64,000 nucleotides of DNA from Lama guanicoe (lineage: Eukaryota), in NCBI GenBank assembly GCA_013239625.1, contig MU054220.1:868848-932847 (forward strand), given 5' to 3'. Of the stretch, positions 27,609 to 41,206 are shown in pieces. How positions within the stretch are numbered: position 1 is the stretch's first letter; every line of letters begins with the position of its first letter. Under the pieces are notes generated by a model, which searched no databases, was not told the DNA's origin, and saw only the letters and a program-made list of their open reading frames with translations. The position numbers were made by a program, and so were the translations under genes.

Positions 27609-28526
27609 TCATTTTCGTACCCTTGCCCAGAGCTTTTTCATAGCATTTTTCATCTCTCCATTTCTCAGAGTATAGATTAGAGGGTTCAACATAGGGGTGA
27701 TAATGGTGTAAAACACAGTCAAGGACTTATCAATGGGTAAGGTAGAAGGAGGTCTCACATACATAAAGATACAGGGGACAAAGAAGAGGACCACCACAGT
27801 AATGTGGGAGCCACAGGTGGACAAGGCTTTGCGCCTCCCTTCCTGACTCAGATTCTTCAGGGAGTGCAGGATGACCCCATAGGAGATGAGTAAGAGCATA
27901 AAGATGACCACACACATTGCTCCATCATTGGCCACCACAGTGAGGCCAATAATGTAGGTGTCGGTGCAGGCAAGTTTTAACAAAGGGTGCATGTCACAGA
28001 CGAAGTGGTCAATGACATTGGGACCACAGAAGGGAAGGTTGTAAACAAAGAAAAGTTGAACTACAGCATGTAAAAACCCACCAACACAGGCCAATAGCAG
28101 TAGCAGAACACATGCTCGCTGATTCATGATTGTGGAATAATGCAAAGGTTTACAGATGGCCACGTAGCGGTCATAAGCCATGACCACCAGGAGGCAAACC
28201 TCAGCACCACCAAAAAAGTGCCATGTAAAAAGCTGGATCATGCAGGCTTGGAATGAAATGGCTTTCTTCTTGCTGAGTAAGTGTATAATCATATTTGGGG
28301 TGATTGTAGTAGAATAAAGAGCATCCATGAATGATAAATAGCCAAGAAAGAAGTACATAGGGGAACCCAGGGTTGGACTGACCACCACAGTCATGACAAT
28401 GAGTAGGTTGCCCACCATTGTCACAATGTAGATGAGCAAGAACACAACAAATAATATTTTCTGACCCTGGGGGCTCTGAGTGAGCCCCAAGAAGACAAAT
28501 TCAGTCACATTCCTCCTTTGGTCCAT
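27609..28526 (-). CDS. Olfactory receptor, family 4, OR4A-type, intact 305 aa (paralog of 12445-13362)
   Basis: Full ORF with all canonical OR motifs including GN in TM1. Differs from the 12445-13362 protein only at the N- and C-terminal ends. Confidence 0.94.
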   Translation of the reverse strand: MDQRRNVTEFVFLGLTQSPQGQKILFVVFLLIYIVTMVGNLLIVMTVVVSPTLGSPMYFFLGYLSFMDALYSTTITPNMIIHLLSKKKAISFQACMIQLFTWHFFGGAEVCLLVVMAYDRYVAICKPLHYSTIMNQRACVLLLLLACVGGFLHAVVQLFFVYNLPFCGPNVIDHFVCDMHPLLKLACTDTYIIGLTVVANDGAMCVVIFMLLLISYGVILHSLKNLSQEGRRKALSTCGSHITVVVLFFVPCIFMYVRPPSTLPIDKSLTVFYTIITPMLNPLIYTLRNGEMKNAMKKLWARVRK

Positions 28527-30391
28527 AGTCTTCTGTATGTCTTATTTCAGAGTTCAGGACAAAATTACCTGTAAATATTATTACTAGTGATTTCCTGAAG
28601 TTTTCAGATAATTTGTTTATTCTTTCAGCAAATAAGCAATATGGTTTATGTTCCAGTACTTTCAGATTTATCACATAAGGCTGATTAAAGCCTCATCCCT
28701 AACCTCAAAAATCTTTCAGACCAATGGAGAGGCAAGTAATTAAGAGACATATGAGAGGAAAGAACACATTATTAATAACTGAGTTTCATAATTTGCTTTC
28801 TATCTGGAGGGTAATATAGTTGTACACATAGCTAATACCTTCTACAAAAATTAAAATGGATTAAATTTTAAGAGAATATTAAAGAAAGGTTTATTTTATT
28901 TTACTTTTCACATATTAAGTAGATAACTTTTTCATCTCTATGGATGGGAGAATCTTCTTAACCAATCATTGAAATTCCTAAGAGATATATTTAACAATTT
29001 CAAAAAAAATGTAAGGATTTAGTAAATTTAGATAGCGCAATCTAAATACATAAAAGTAGTTTGGAGAAAGATTTACATTGTAGAGGACTTACACAGAGAT
29101 AATATCTAAAATAGACAAAGATCTCTAAGAAATTAATGAATAAAAATATAAATTAAATATAAAAGAAATTTAAAATATATTTTAAAAATTGAGGGAAGAG
29201 TATATCTCAATGGCCACCAACATACTAGTACACTGAAGCTCAACTGGAACAGAAAAGTGACAATTGAAATAACAGCTTGCTTACTACTGTATCACCTCAT
29301 GTTCTTGAAAGCAATTTAATCAAGGTCTACAGATGCTACATTATCTTTTAGTTTTTAACAGATTAATAAGCAATGTGTAGAGTATGTATTAATTCAGAAT
29401 ATCAGCGGATTTATAAATATCTGCCCATGAAAATATCCCCAATTAATTACACTTGAAATTAGTTCCTAAGACTAGTTTATGTTATAGGTCAATTTATCCC
29501 GGATCATTGTAACTCAAAAATATCCAAAAAGAGCAAGATCAGATAGAATCAACCTCCTCATATGTTAGTAATCACAGAGGAGAGCTAACACGGCTGATTG
29601 TGAGAATGACAAAAGAGAGCTTCTAGAAGAGTGAATTCTCACACCACCATTGCAGTCTTGCAAAATGTAAGAATCTTGTGTGTAAATATGCTTGCTGGGT
29701 TACCTGCATAAGGAGACAGCCATTCAATCCATGTTCTGGGCTCCTCTGTCTTATCCCTTGCTCTTCACTCACTGATGCCATCTCTGAGGACATGGAGTAC
29801 AAGATACATGCAGCATCCCTAGAACTTAAACTGTTTCCATGTGACCAACTCATTCCATGCTGGCAGGAAATCTGTTTCAACTAAGTCATTCAGAAAAACA
29901 TTCCTTTTCCAAAAGTTGGAATTTTCAAAGTGAATATTAATGGCCCATTACAAAAGAAGTCTGAATCTGATTGTTAACAGAGAACCAAAATATTCACTGT
30001 TTGTCGGATATGTTTGAATCACTAACAAATGTAATTAAACCTTTTGATTGGAGAGAATACTATAAACTGTGTATGAATTGTTTACATATAAATTTTGCTC
30101 TTTGTCTTTTATACCAATTAAATTGAAATAGTGAAAATCTTTCCAGTATTTTGAGTCTCAATCAGTTATACTCTCCTGCCTTCATTGAGCATTGTTGAGC
30201 TTTGAGTTTCCTGAAGGATGGAGAATAATTTCATATACAAACTTCCCTATATTTTGAGTCCATCATTTCAGTTCATGAAATTCGGTCCTGTGAGGTAAGG
30301 GCAAAGGTCTGTAAACACTTTATCTACATTTGAACTATTGTACATGTTATAAAGCCTTTCAGTCGGTGTATTTCCATGGGTGATTCTTGTC

Positions 30392-30409
30392 TAATTAAAT
30401 TCAATGGGA
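30392..30409. promoter_or_regulatory. Homeodomain plus O/E-like composite
   Basis: TAATTAAATTCAATGGGA, ~1.87 kb upstream of the ATG at 28526. Confidence 0.6.
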
Positions 30410-30789
30410 CCTTAATCATAATTTTGATGGTGACTCTTTATCTCCAGAGATGCCAACCAGGTAATCACCATGCAGAACAGAATTTACAGAGCCATGTCCT
30501 CTGGGAAAAAGTACTTTAAAAATGAAGTCATGTCACCAAGAGGGAAAAGTCCAGAATTGGCGGGGGAAAAAAAATTGTAAAAACTTTCTTGTAGACAAAC
30601 CTGTTAAAATTTAAGCTTTGTATTTGAAGATGATATCTGAACTAATTTCCAAAACATTATGAATGCTAACTTCAGAATAAGTCATTTGAATTCTGTTTCA
30701 AATGCAGATAAAATTTGTCACATACTTTGTCACATATTTCAGACAGGCAATTTGATAGAATCTGTGTTCATGTGGAAACAGGGGAAAAA

Positions 30790-31930
30790 GACATTTGTGG
30801 GACTATTCAGTTCACCTCAAATACCTCACAGGGCACTCATCAAAGTAGGCAGTACACTAGGCCATAACATAATTGCAATACATTTCCAAGGACTTAAATT
30901 ATAGAGCACAAATATTTATAGGTATATATACATATATTTGTTACACAAATATTTTACAATAATGTAATTCTACTAGAAATGGATAACAAAAATGTTTCCA
31001 AATAATTACAAATTAAGCAAAATTCATCTAAATTAACCATGAACATTTTGATAGGTACATTTTCAAGACAAAGATGGTGATACAAATGTATGTGAAAGGT
31101 ATCTATGAAATTTATATATGCATAGAAAATTGTATGTAATATAACATATTTTATTATATATAAGTCAACTGTATGCAATTAAAGGAGTGCTTAGAGAGAA
31201 ATTTATAGCTTAAATGCAAATATTAGAAAACAAGAAATATTACAAGGAATGAACTAAGCTTCTGTCTCAAGAAGCTAGAAAAGGAAAATTAAAATAAAAC
31301 ACTGAGAACCCTGTAGAAAGGAAATAGCAGATAGAAGACAGCAGTCATTAAAACAGAAGTTAATAGAATATAAAGAAAATAATTTAAGACCAGGAATTGG
31401 TTCTTTGAAAGTTTAGTAACCTTGATAAGAACCTAGCAAAATGGATTGAGAAAAAATAAGAGAAAGAACAGATGATCAGAATCAACCCTAAAGAAAGAGT
31501 CATCACTGCAGATTCTATAGATCTTAAAAAGATAACAAAATATGATAAGGTAATTTATGACAGTATACTTGCCAAAAGAAAGTGGACCACTGCTATTGAA
31601 AAAAAGAAACACAACTTTCTAAACACAGAGATAAAAATAGTTCAAAACTGAAATAATTAAATACATAAATAAATTGATTCTTTAGAATCTCACCATTTCC
31701 AAAACAAAATTTCATTCCCATATAGCTTGAATCATTGAATTCTATACACCAACAAATCAAGAAACAGCACCAATCTTACATAAACATTTTCACAGAGGGG
31801 AGGAATTAACAACATTCCTAAAACATTTTATGCACCCATAACACTTATACCAGAATGAAACAAGGGTAAGGGTATCATAAAACAATTCAATTAACATCTC
31901 ACATTAACAAAGGCACAAAATTCTGAGCAC
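30790..31930 (+). mobile_element. Ancient L1M ORF2 remnant, duplicated copy
   Basis: Paralog of 15640-17100 without the young L1 insertion. Confidence 0.75.
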
Positions 31931-32479
31931 AGTATTTAGTATTCAGTTTGATTCTTTCGGATGTTTTCTTGTGGATTTTTTTTCTTGCTGTATGGTTTTT
32001 TGAGGCAGATCTTGAGATGCTCTCAGTCTAAGCCTAATTATGACCCACTACTTCCTAAGTATTCAACTCAGTGCCCTGGCCTTTTTGAACCATGAGGGTT
32101 TTCAGCTGGTGAGAACAGCAATATTCCTGGCCCAGTGTGAGGACCAAGCCCCCCTCTCTCTAATCTCTCTGGGCAAATCTTTCCCTAGCCTAATGAGGTG
32201 GAAAGATCTTAGATCTCAAATTGTTTCCCATCTTTTAGTTGTTTCTGATATCTGGTGTCCTGAAAATAATTATTTCATATTTTCTCTTGTTTGTTTCCTT
32301 GTTCTCACAAAAACTATACGTGAATATTCTTAGCAGTTTTATTCATAATTTCAAATAGCTGGAAACAACCAAAATATCTCTTAATTGAGAAAAAGCTAAA
32401 TGAACTGTGATACATTCATAAAATGGGAAACTACTCAGCAATAAATGAATGGATCATGTTTATTAACATATTAATATGC

Positions 32480-32870
32480 ATAAATCTCAAATGCATGATA
32501 CTAAGAACAAAAAGTCTTATTTCAAAGACTATAGTAGACATGATCTTACATATAGAAAATGCAAGAAACTGCAACAAAACTGTTACAGCTAATAAAAAAT
32601 TCAAGTTTGCAGGATACAATATCAACATACAAATATTAGTTGCATTTACATATACTAACATCAAACTACCCACAAAAGAAATTAAGAAACTAATCCCATT
32701 ACAGAAGCATCAAAAAGAATAAAATATTTAGGAAAAATTTGACCAAGGAGGTGAAAATTTGTACAATGAAAAATATAATACATTGATGAAAAAAATTAAA
32801 AACACAAGTAAATGGAAAGATATCCCATGTTCATGATTTGGAAGAATAAATATTACAAATACACCCACAC
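32480..32870 (+). mobile_element. Old L1 ORF2 RT fragment
   Basis: Peptides DMILHIENA and KFAGYNINIQ; aaatggaaagatatcccatgttcatg. Confidence 0.8.
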
Positions 32871-33681
32871 CAACCAAATCAGTACAGAAAATATCACCAT
32901 CATACCAAATCAAATAGAACATGTAAAACTGATTAGTAAGCAATTCATAGAAAAAGAATAAAATTATTTTAAACATGTAAATAGGTGCCCGAATAGATGG
33001 CATTTTGGCAATAAATATGAACATCAACATTCTAAATACATAAAGCAATTGACTGAAATTCACTTCTAGGAACTCACACTAAAAAATTTCAAAAAGATGC
33101 TTTTGCAGAATTATTTAACTTCAAAAAAGACTGGGGAAAATATAAAGAGGACCAGATATATCAATTTCAGTGCTGCTTTATGAAGAATTTAATCAGGATG
33201 AAGAAACTAGAATGAGTTTCATCTGTATAAACTGGCACATAAAGACCTATAGGGGGTTGAGTGATAAAAAGCAAAATTTATACACTGAAACATAAATATA
33301 CACACACATATGAAAAATGCTTAATTTGCAAAGATTATTACTTGAAGAATCTTGGAAACAGAGTACAGTGATTGTATCTGAAAGGACTGGAGGAAACTAG
33401 TTTGGGATAGGTTGGTGGTTTATTCAACACTATTCTGTTTTTCATAAATTCTATTCTTAAAATTTATTATTCTCCATCATACTTACAATTCTCATTTAAA
33501 AATTAAAATATTACACTAAAAATTTCATAGATGAGGCAAATAAAGTGGAATAAAGATAGTCTATGCAGCATTAAATATTTAATATAATATAGAGAATAAA
33601 GATTATAAAAATAAGAATTTGACAAAATAAAATGAAGAATGAGAAAGTAGTAAGAGTAAATGCAGAAATTAATTAACAATT

Positions 33682-33889
33682 GCTATATATAAAATAGATA
33701 GGGAACAAAGTTCTACTATATAGCACAGTCAACTATATTCAATACTTTGTAATTGCCTATAATGAAAATAATATGAAAAGGAATATCTATATGTACAACT
33801 GAATCATTATGCTGTACACCAGAAATTAACATGGCATTGTAAATAAACTATGCATCAATACAAAAATTAAATTTTCAAAGAGGTAAAAC
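33682..33889 (+). mobile_element. 5'-truncated L1 3' end (cetartiodactyl-type)
   Basis: tatataaaatagata...tatagcacag...gctgtacaccagaaattaaca...ttgtaaataaactat. TSD aattaacaatt at 33671-33681 and 33890-33900. Absent from units 2 and 3. Confidence 0.85.
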
Positions 33890-34193
33890 AATTAACAATT
33901 AGTGTAACTCAATAAAAATTTCATTAATTCATTATAAATTATTTATTGACACCTTACTATAAATGCATCCTACTATTCTAGGTACAGTGATAAAACATTA
34001 TACAGTTTACATTCTAGTAAGGAATTGTTATTAATAGCATAAACACATAGTTTATTCTTCAAGTATAATTATCCTAAATCATTTGAAGAAACAAAAAGTT
34101 TGCATCAGATTAATGAAGTTTTGACATTCGAAAGAGACAGGACTTAATGCTAAATTATCACCTTCATGATGGACACAGCACTAATTTAATACT

Positions 34194-35109
34194 TTATCTA
34201 CCTGTATTTTTCCCCCAGAGCTTCTTCATAGCATTAATCATCTCAGAATTTCTTAAACTGCAGATTACTGGGTTCAGCATAGGGGTGATGACTGTATAAA
34301 ACATGCTTAAAGATTTGTTGATTGAAAAGGTCTTAGCAGGTCTTGCAAACATGAAAATACAGGGGACAAAGAAGCAGACAACCACAGTGATGTGGGAACC
34401 ACAGGTCTGGAGGACTTTCCACCTCCCTTCCTGACTCAGGTTCTTTAGAGAGTGCAAGATGACTCCATAAGAGATGAGTAAGAGCAGAAACACAATACTG
34501 CACATCAATCCTCCATTGACCACCACAGATGCCAATGACATACGTGTCAGTGCAGACAAGTTCCAATAAGGGATACATGTCACATGTAAAGTGATCAATG
34601 ACATTGGGGCCATAGAATGGGAGTCCATAAATAGTGCTAAGAAGAATTACCGAGTGCAGAAACCCTCCAACCCAGGACACCACCAGCAGCACAACACACA
34701 CCCTTGGCCTATGATATCCAAGTAATGCAAGGGCTTACAGATGGTCATGTAGCTGTCATAAGCCATCACCAAGAAGGAAGACCTCTGACCCAGCGAAAAT
34801 GTGCTCTATAAACAAATAAGTCATGCAAGATTCAAAGGATATGGTATTTTCCCCAAAGAACAAGTCTAAAAGCAATCTGGGGGAAATAGAAGAGAAATAA
34901 GGTATGTCCATAAATGATAAGCTGGCAAGAATAAAGTACATCGATGTGTTCACGGTCTTGTTTACTGTTATTGTCACGACTATGAGTAGGTTGCCCAGCA
35001 ACGTCAAATGTAGAAGAGCAAGAACATAACAAAAAGGACCTTCTGCTCTTTTGGATTCTGTGTGAGGCCCCAGGAGGATGAAATAAGTTACATTGTTCCT
35101 TGGTTCCAT
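34194..35109 (-). pseudogene. OR4A47-like olfactory receptor pseudogene (multiple frameshifts)
   Basis: Relative to the intact copy 48573-49502: +1 near 35070, -1 near 35006, -2 near 34771, -1 near 34710, -2 near 34527, and a stop three codons early (sums to 916 bp). OR motifs are split over three ORFs in the track. Confidence 0.93.
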
Positions 35110-37062
35110 CTAGTCTGTACAGGTGCTGAGGTCACATTGTTAGAAGCAGTTTACATACAAAACAGGTGGAAAACCTTTAAATGCATTATAAGGTTAATCT
35201 CTTTTACCCCTTCAACTAAAACAACATGTATGGAGTATCTATTCATGTCCAATGTGTCATAGACATTGTAATTACCAAATTCAATAGGGCATCATTCCCC
35301 ACCCTTAGTGATATAATATATGACAAGGGATCAGACACTTCCACACGCATGTAACAAGTGTCACTACAAGGATATTCACACACAGCTAAGAGTCATGGGG
35401 TAGGAACGCATCACTCAAACTACAATCAGAGAAGGTTCCTAGAGGAAGCAATGTTTAGCTAAGTTTTAAAGGGATAGTGAAAGAACAAGAAAAGATGGGA
35501 AGAAGAGTCCATGATCAGGTCCATAATTTATAAAGTCACAAAGGTGTAATATTGAGACCCACTTAAACTAATTTACATATACAGGGTGAGGAGCTCAAAC
35601 TATGAACAGAAGTTCACTGTCCTAGATTGTCTCAGAACTCACGAGGCCTATTTCAAGTGGCCTTTATTAGGATATTTCTCCTTTCCCTGAACAGTAAATG
35701 CTGAAGCACGTAAATTTGGGTCTCCAGCCTTTACTTCTACACTTGTTTTGCAATTTTTGTATGTAGTGTCTCCATTTTGGACCTCTGCAGTTGGATATCA
35801 AGTTAGTAAATATAACACAAAATTTTAAATTTTCCACAACACTAAAGGTGTTCCCCATTTCATGAAATGGTGCCACCTTCAATATAATTGCTCAGACAGA
35901 AAATCTCACAGTATTATTCACTCCCTTATTGCTCTCATATGACTTATTGATGACTTTTTTTTAAAAAATGCTACTGTCTTTACTTGGAAAGTATATCACA
36001 AATTTGATCATTCTCTTTCCCCCATTTCCTTCTTGGTTCACTGCAATAGCCTCCTGCTGAGTCGCTCCACTTTTATTCTGGAAACCGACAATTTGTTCTC
36101 CTGAAGGAGACTTTTCTTTAAATCTTGTTCTGAATATATCGCTCAAGTGCTCAGAACTCCCACAGTGGGTTGCAATCATTCACTCACATTTTATCACATT
36201 TAATATTCACATTAACAAGAACAGTAATTCCCAATTTCACTTGAAGAACTACGGCTCAGAACATCTCATTAATTTCCCCCAATGTCACACATTGTTAACA
36301 GATAAAACTAGAATTGGAATCTAAGTTTCATGTATTTCAAAAAGATTTAATTTTTTTAAATGATAAAGACAGTGATATAACGGTGAGCCTGGTGGCCAAT
36401 ATCTACTGGTAGTCTTACCTTGTGGAGGCTTGTTCACAATCGGAGGATGACTTAAGTTACTCACAAAGACTTGGAATTCCTCTTTCATTCAATGTGGCCA
36501 CAGAGGGGAGATAATTAGAGAGCTGTATTATTAGGATATATTTTCCTTCATTCAGCTCTCTGTTCATTTCCTATATGGTCTCTTCTGGTTATTCAGAAAC
36601 TATTTTTATTTGCACTGTAGATAATTTTAAAGAAATTCCACAGTGATCATGAAGAAACAGATGTTCACCATGTGGGATAATTTATTAAAAAGACAAGTAA
36701 ATTCATGTTTACATAGGAAGATAGCAACTAGCCATTTCCCAGGGAAATTTATCTCAAGTAAATTCTCTTCCTACTAAGTTCAAAATTTTAAAAATACCAT
36801 TCAGTTGTTTAGTTCTCATCCGATCATGTCAGTGTAGCCAGATGAGTCAACTTGAGATTTTGAGATATTATTGCGCTATTTTTTTTTAATTTTATGGATT
36901 GCTTTAAGTCTAACCAAGGTAATCTTGAAATACATATATATCAGATCTTAAAAGGATGTCACTTCCTTTTCCCAATAGGGTCAAATATCAGTGGAAATTT
37001 TCTCCCTTGTAGCCACATTTATCATTATGTCTTAGAACTAGAATGTGTCCAAAACTGACTCT

Positions 37063-37080
37063 TAATTAAATTCACTGGGA
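37063..37080. promoter_or_regulatory. Homeodomain plus O/E-like composite
   Basis: TAATTAAATTCACTGGGA, ~1.95 kb upstream of the ATG at 35109. Confidence 0.55.
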
Positions 37081-38354
37081 TTTTCCACTACATTTTAAAA
37101 TTACATCTATGTGTAAAGACACTACTAAACCATCTTACACAATTAGGGTGAAAAAGATGGAAAATGGAGAAAATAATCAGCTGGAGAATCATGTTGAGAC
37201 TATTGCTAGTAAAAACAAAATATCAGAGCAAACATTTTGCTGCAATGTAGATTAATTTTTCATATATTTTGCCACTTATCATATATAGCAAGTTTTACTT
37301 TCTTTTTATTTAGTACTGGATTTATTCTGCCTTAATATTTGGTCAAATATATTAACATTTTATCAACAAATCAGAAATTATTTCTAATCATTTATGTAAT
37401 TATGAATTGCTTTTTATAAAAATTTAGGGTACTTATTTTCATACACAAACTGTGCTATGGGTGAGAATTAATAAGTAATGAATAACACAGGGAAGTAGAA
37501 TCGTATAAAAATTCTTCTCTGCATGGATTTTACATACTTACAATGCAGTCAGACAATAAAGAAAGAACAATTTAATAAAATAATTGTAGCCCAATGCCAT
37601 TCTTATTAGACAGAATATAAAGTACTGTTACAGAAAAAAAGAGGAATAAGCTGACTTTCAAAAATGTGACCAGAAAAGGCCTTTCTAATAAGGTGATGTT
37701 TAAGCTGAGATCGAAAGGACAGGAAGTGACTACCAGTGGAAGCACTGCCACAGACAGTAATATTAAATAAAAATTAAGTAAAAGTCTCTCATTTCAGAGA
37801 TGAACAGGTCTACACATAGAAACACTAAAACCTTACTAGAAATTTTTATTGCAGTACTATGTTGCAAAAGAGTAAGGACAGTGTGCACTCATGTCTTGTT
37901 CCTGATTTTAACGTAAAAGCTTTTGAACTTTAATCCACAGTATGATATGTGGTGTGGTGTGCTCATGTAAGACCCTAATTATGTTGAGAAACTTTCTTTC
38001 TATACCCAATATAATGAGACCTTTTATCATGAAAGGAAATTGAATTTTTATACTATCAAGGAACAACACAGGGAGGTAATTACGAAAATCCATTTACAAT
38101 AGCATCAATAAGAATAAAATACTTGAGTAAACATAAGCAAGGAGATGAAAAGCTTGTACACTGAAAGCTGCAAAATGTACTGAAAGACATTAGAGAAGAC
38201 ATATGTAAATGGAAAGATATTATGAGCTAGAGTTTTAACATTGTTAAGATGTCAATGCTACTTAAACTAATTTGCAGATTCAGTGCAACCTTTATCAAAA
38301 TGCCCAAAACTTTCTTTGAAGGAAAAGAAAAATCCATTCTAAAATTCAGGGTTT

Positions 38355-39060
38355 TTTTCTAGTCTGGTTATAGCTAGGACATCTTATACTATGCGGAATA
38401 GAAGTGGTGAGAGTGGGCATCCTTGTCTTGTTCCAGATTTTAGTGGGAAGACATTCAACTTTTCATCATATGAGTGTTATGTTAAAAAAAATAAATACTT
38501 TTTATTATGTTGAGACCTGTTCCCTCTCTACCTCTTTAGTAGGAGTTTGTATTATAAATGGATATTCAATTTATCAAATGCATTTTTCTGCATCTATTGA
38601 GATACTCACGTAATTTTTGTCCAGTCATCTGTCTGTGTGGTCTACCACACTGATTGATTTGCATATATTGAGCCATCTTTGTGTCTCTGAGATGAATCTA
38701 ACTTGATCGTAGTGTATAGTCTTTTTTATGTATTGTTGGATTCTGTTTTCTAATATTTTGGTGAGAATTTTTGCATCTTTATTTATCAAAGATAGTGGCC
38801 TTTAATTTTCTTTTTTGGCAGTGTGTTTGTCTGGCTTTAATATCAGGGTGATGATGGCTTCATAGATTGACTTTGGGAGTGTCCCCTACTTTTCAGCCTT
38901 CTGGGAGATTTGGGGAAGTTTCAGTATAAGTTCTTCTTCCTATGCTTGGTGGATTTCCTCAGTGAAGCCATCTGGTCCTGGACTTTTTTTGCAGGGAAGT
39001 TTTTTATTTTTAATTCTGTATCACTTCTAGAGGTTGGTCTGTTCAGATTATCTATTCCTA
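38355..39060 (-). mobile_element. L1 ORF2 RT fragment, antisense
   Basis: gagagtgggcatccttgtcttgttccagattttagtggga and tatcagggtgatgatggcttcatag. Preceded by older L1 pieces ~37750-38350. Confidence 0.85.
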
Positions 39061-41206
39061 CTTTTTTATTTTATTTTTTAACTGAAGTACCATCAGTTAC
39101 AATGTGTCAGTTTCTATGAATATTCAAATAAAGACATATATCCCTACTTTGGGGACTGTGCTATAATTAAGAATGCTAGCAAAAGACACTAAACCTTTTC
39201 TGACCAACTCATTAAAAGTGTTAATCAGATTTACATCAGAGAGTCCTCTGTTTAAATAAAAAAAACCAAAAGGCAAATTTTAATTACACTCTATGGAAAT
39301 ACTTGCAAATTTTTTGAGACATCAGTCAATTCTTCACAATATATGATTAATTCAGAATGAGAAAACAAGATATTAAAACATGTCATTTTCCTTTAAATAA
39401 ATATGTAGAGCTATGACATTCTTAATATAGTTTATGGGAAGTTTTCAAACTTTGAAAAATAACCTTCAAGTTCATCATAAAATGCAAATATTTAGGAATT
39501 CAAGAACCTCTGAAGAATGTGAATATTTAGTGGAGTCTATCCCTAGTAAGTATAAACATGCATTAAACTTCCTTGACCACTGAAGTATTTTAGTGGTAAT
39601 ATTTTGAAATGGGCCCTTTGGGAAATGATCAGATAATGAAAGCAGAACCCTAGTGAGTGAAAGTAATAGCCTTATAAAAAAGTAATGTTGTCAAAGATGT
39701 AGAAACTTTGGACCCTTTGTACAGTCTTGTTTGGAATTGATGCAACCACGATGGAAAACAGTATAGGCATTGAAATAGGAAAATTCTTTATAAGCAAGAC
39801 AATATCTAAAGAAAATATTGATAGATTTAATTATGTAAATGCAATATTATTTCTACTTGTTCAGAAACATTCTGCACAGTATAAATATATCAAAACAAAT
39901 CACAAGCTGGCAAAACAATAACTCCACATATATGGTAAGTGGGGTAAATTCCTTAGTATTTAATTAAATCACAAAATCTGTATAGAAAATGTCAGCAATC
40001 AAATAAAACACATCAAATTCATTAATATGCATTTCATGAAAAAGAAATACATATTACCTTAAACACATCAATAGATGTCCAAATTCTAATTATATTTATT
40101 TATTTATAATTAAAGTGTACAAGTGAAACACAGTTTCTTTAATGAGGTTGTCAAATACCACAAAGTATACCAAGCACTGATTTTTTGAGAATGTCATCAA
40201 ACGTGTATTTTCCAGAATGAAGGGAATAGTGAGTTTAGTAAAAGCTCATGGATGGCATTTTGACAATAACTGTGAACATCAACATTTTAAATACATAACC
40301 CAGTTGACTCAAAAATTTCACCTCTAGGACTGATATTTATAAAATTTCAAAAACGTGGCGTAGCAGAATTATTTACCCAAGAAAAAGGAAAAACCTGAAG
40401 AGGACTGAGCACCTAAATTTGAGTGAATCTATATAAGGAAGTTAAACAGTATGAGGAAACCAGAATGAGTTAGATCTATATAGGCAGGTACACAAAGATC
40501 TTCAGGAGCCTCAGTAGTAAAATGCAATATTTGTACACAGAGACATAAACACATTCAGATATGAAAGTCTGCTTGTATTTGCAAGGATTACTACTTGAAT
40601 AATCTCAGGAATAGAGTAGCGGCCGCAACTGGGAGAACTGGGAGACAATGCTATGGGATGGAGAGGAGTTCTGTTCTACAGTATTTCATTTTCCATGGGT
40701 TCCACTTCTAATATTTATTACTATCCAAATAGTTTCCATTTTATTTTGAAAATTGAAATATACAAAAAATTTCATATATAAGGCAACTGAAATTGAAGAC
40801 TAGTCTATACAGCATTAAATAATTTAACTAGCACAATAAAAATGAAGATAAAAGATAAGACTCTGATGTAAAATAAAACTAAAGATGAAAAACTTATAAA
40901 TGTAAATGAAGGAATTAATTTAAAATTAGTATAACTATAAAAGTTCCATTAATCAATTAATCACATATTATTTATAGATTCCTTAATGTAATTGCATCCC
41001 ACTTTCCTAGGTACAGTGAGACATTATACAGCTTATATTCTAACAGGAAAATTGTCAAAGATTGCATGAATATATAATTCATGTTTTAATATAATTACTG
41101 TAATTCCTTTAGCAAAAAGGAAAGTCACACTAGATTTATGAAGAATTTTACATTTGGAGAGATTGGCTCCAAAGTTAAATGAGTTTCCTTATGACTGATA
41201 GTGAAC

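Larger units (their letters stand above)
24897..32370. repeat. OR4A duplicon, copy B
   Basis: Colinear with ~9690-17820; flanks roughly 80-85% identical by eye. Confidence 0.92.
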
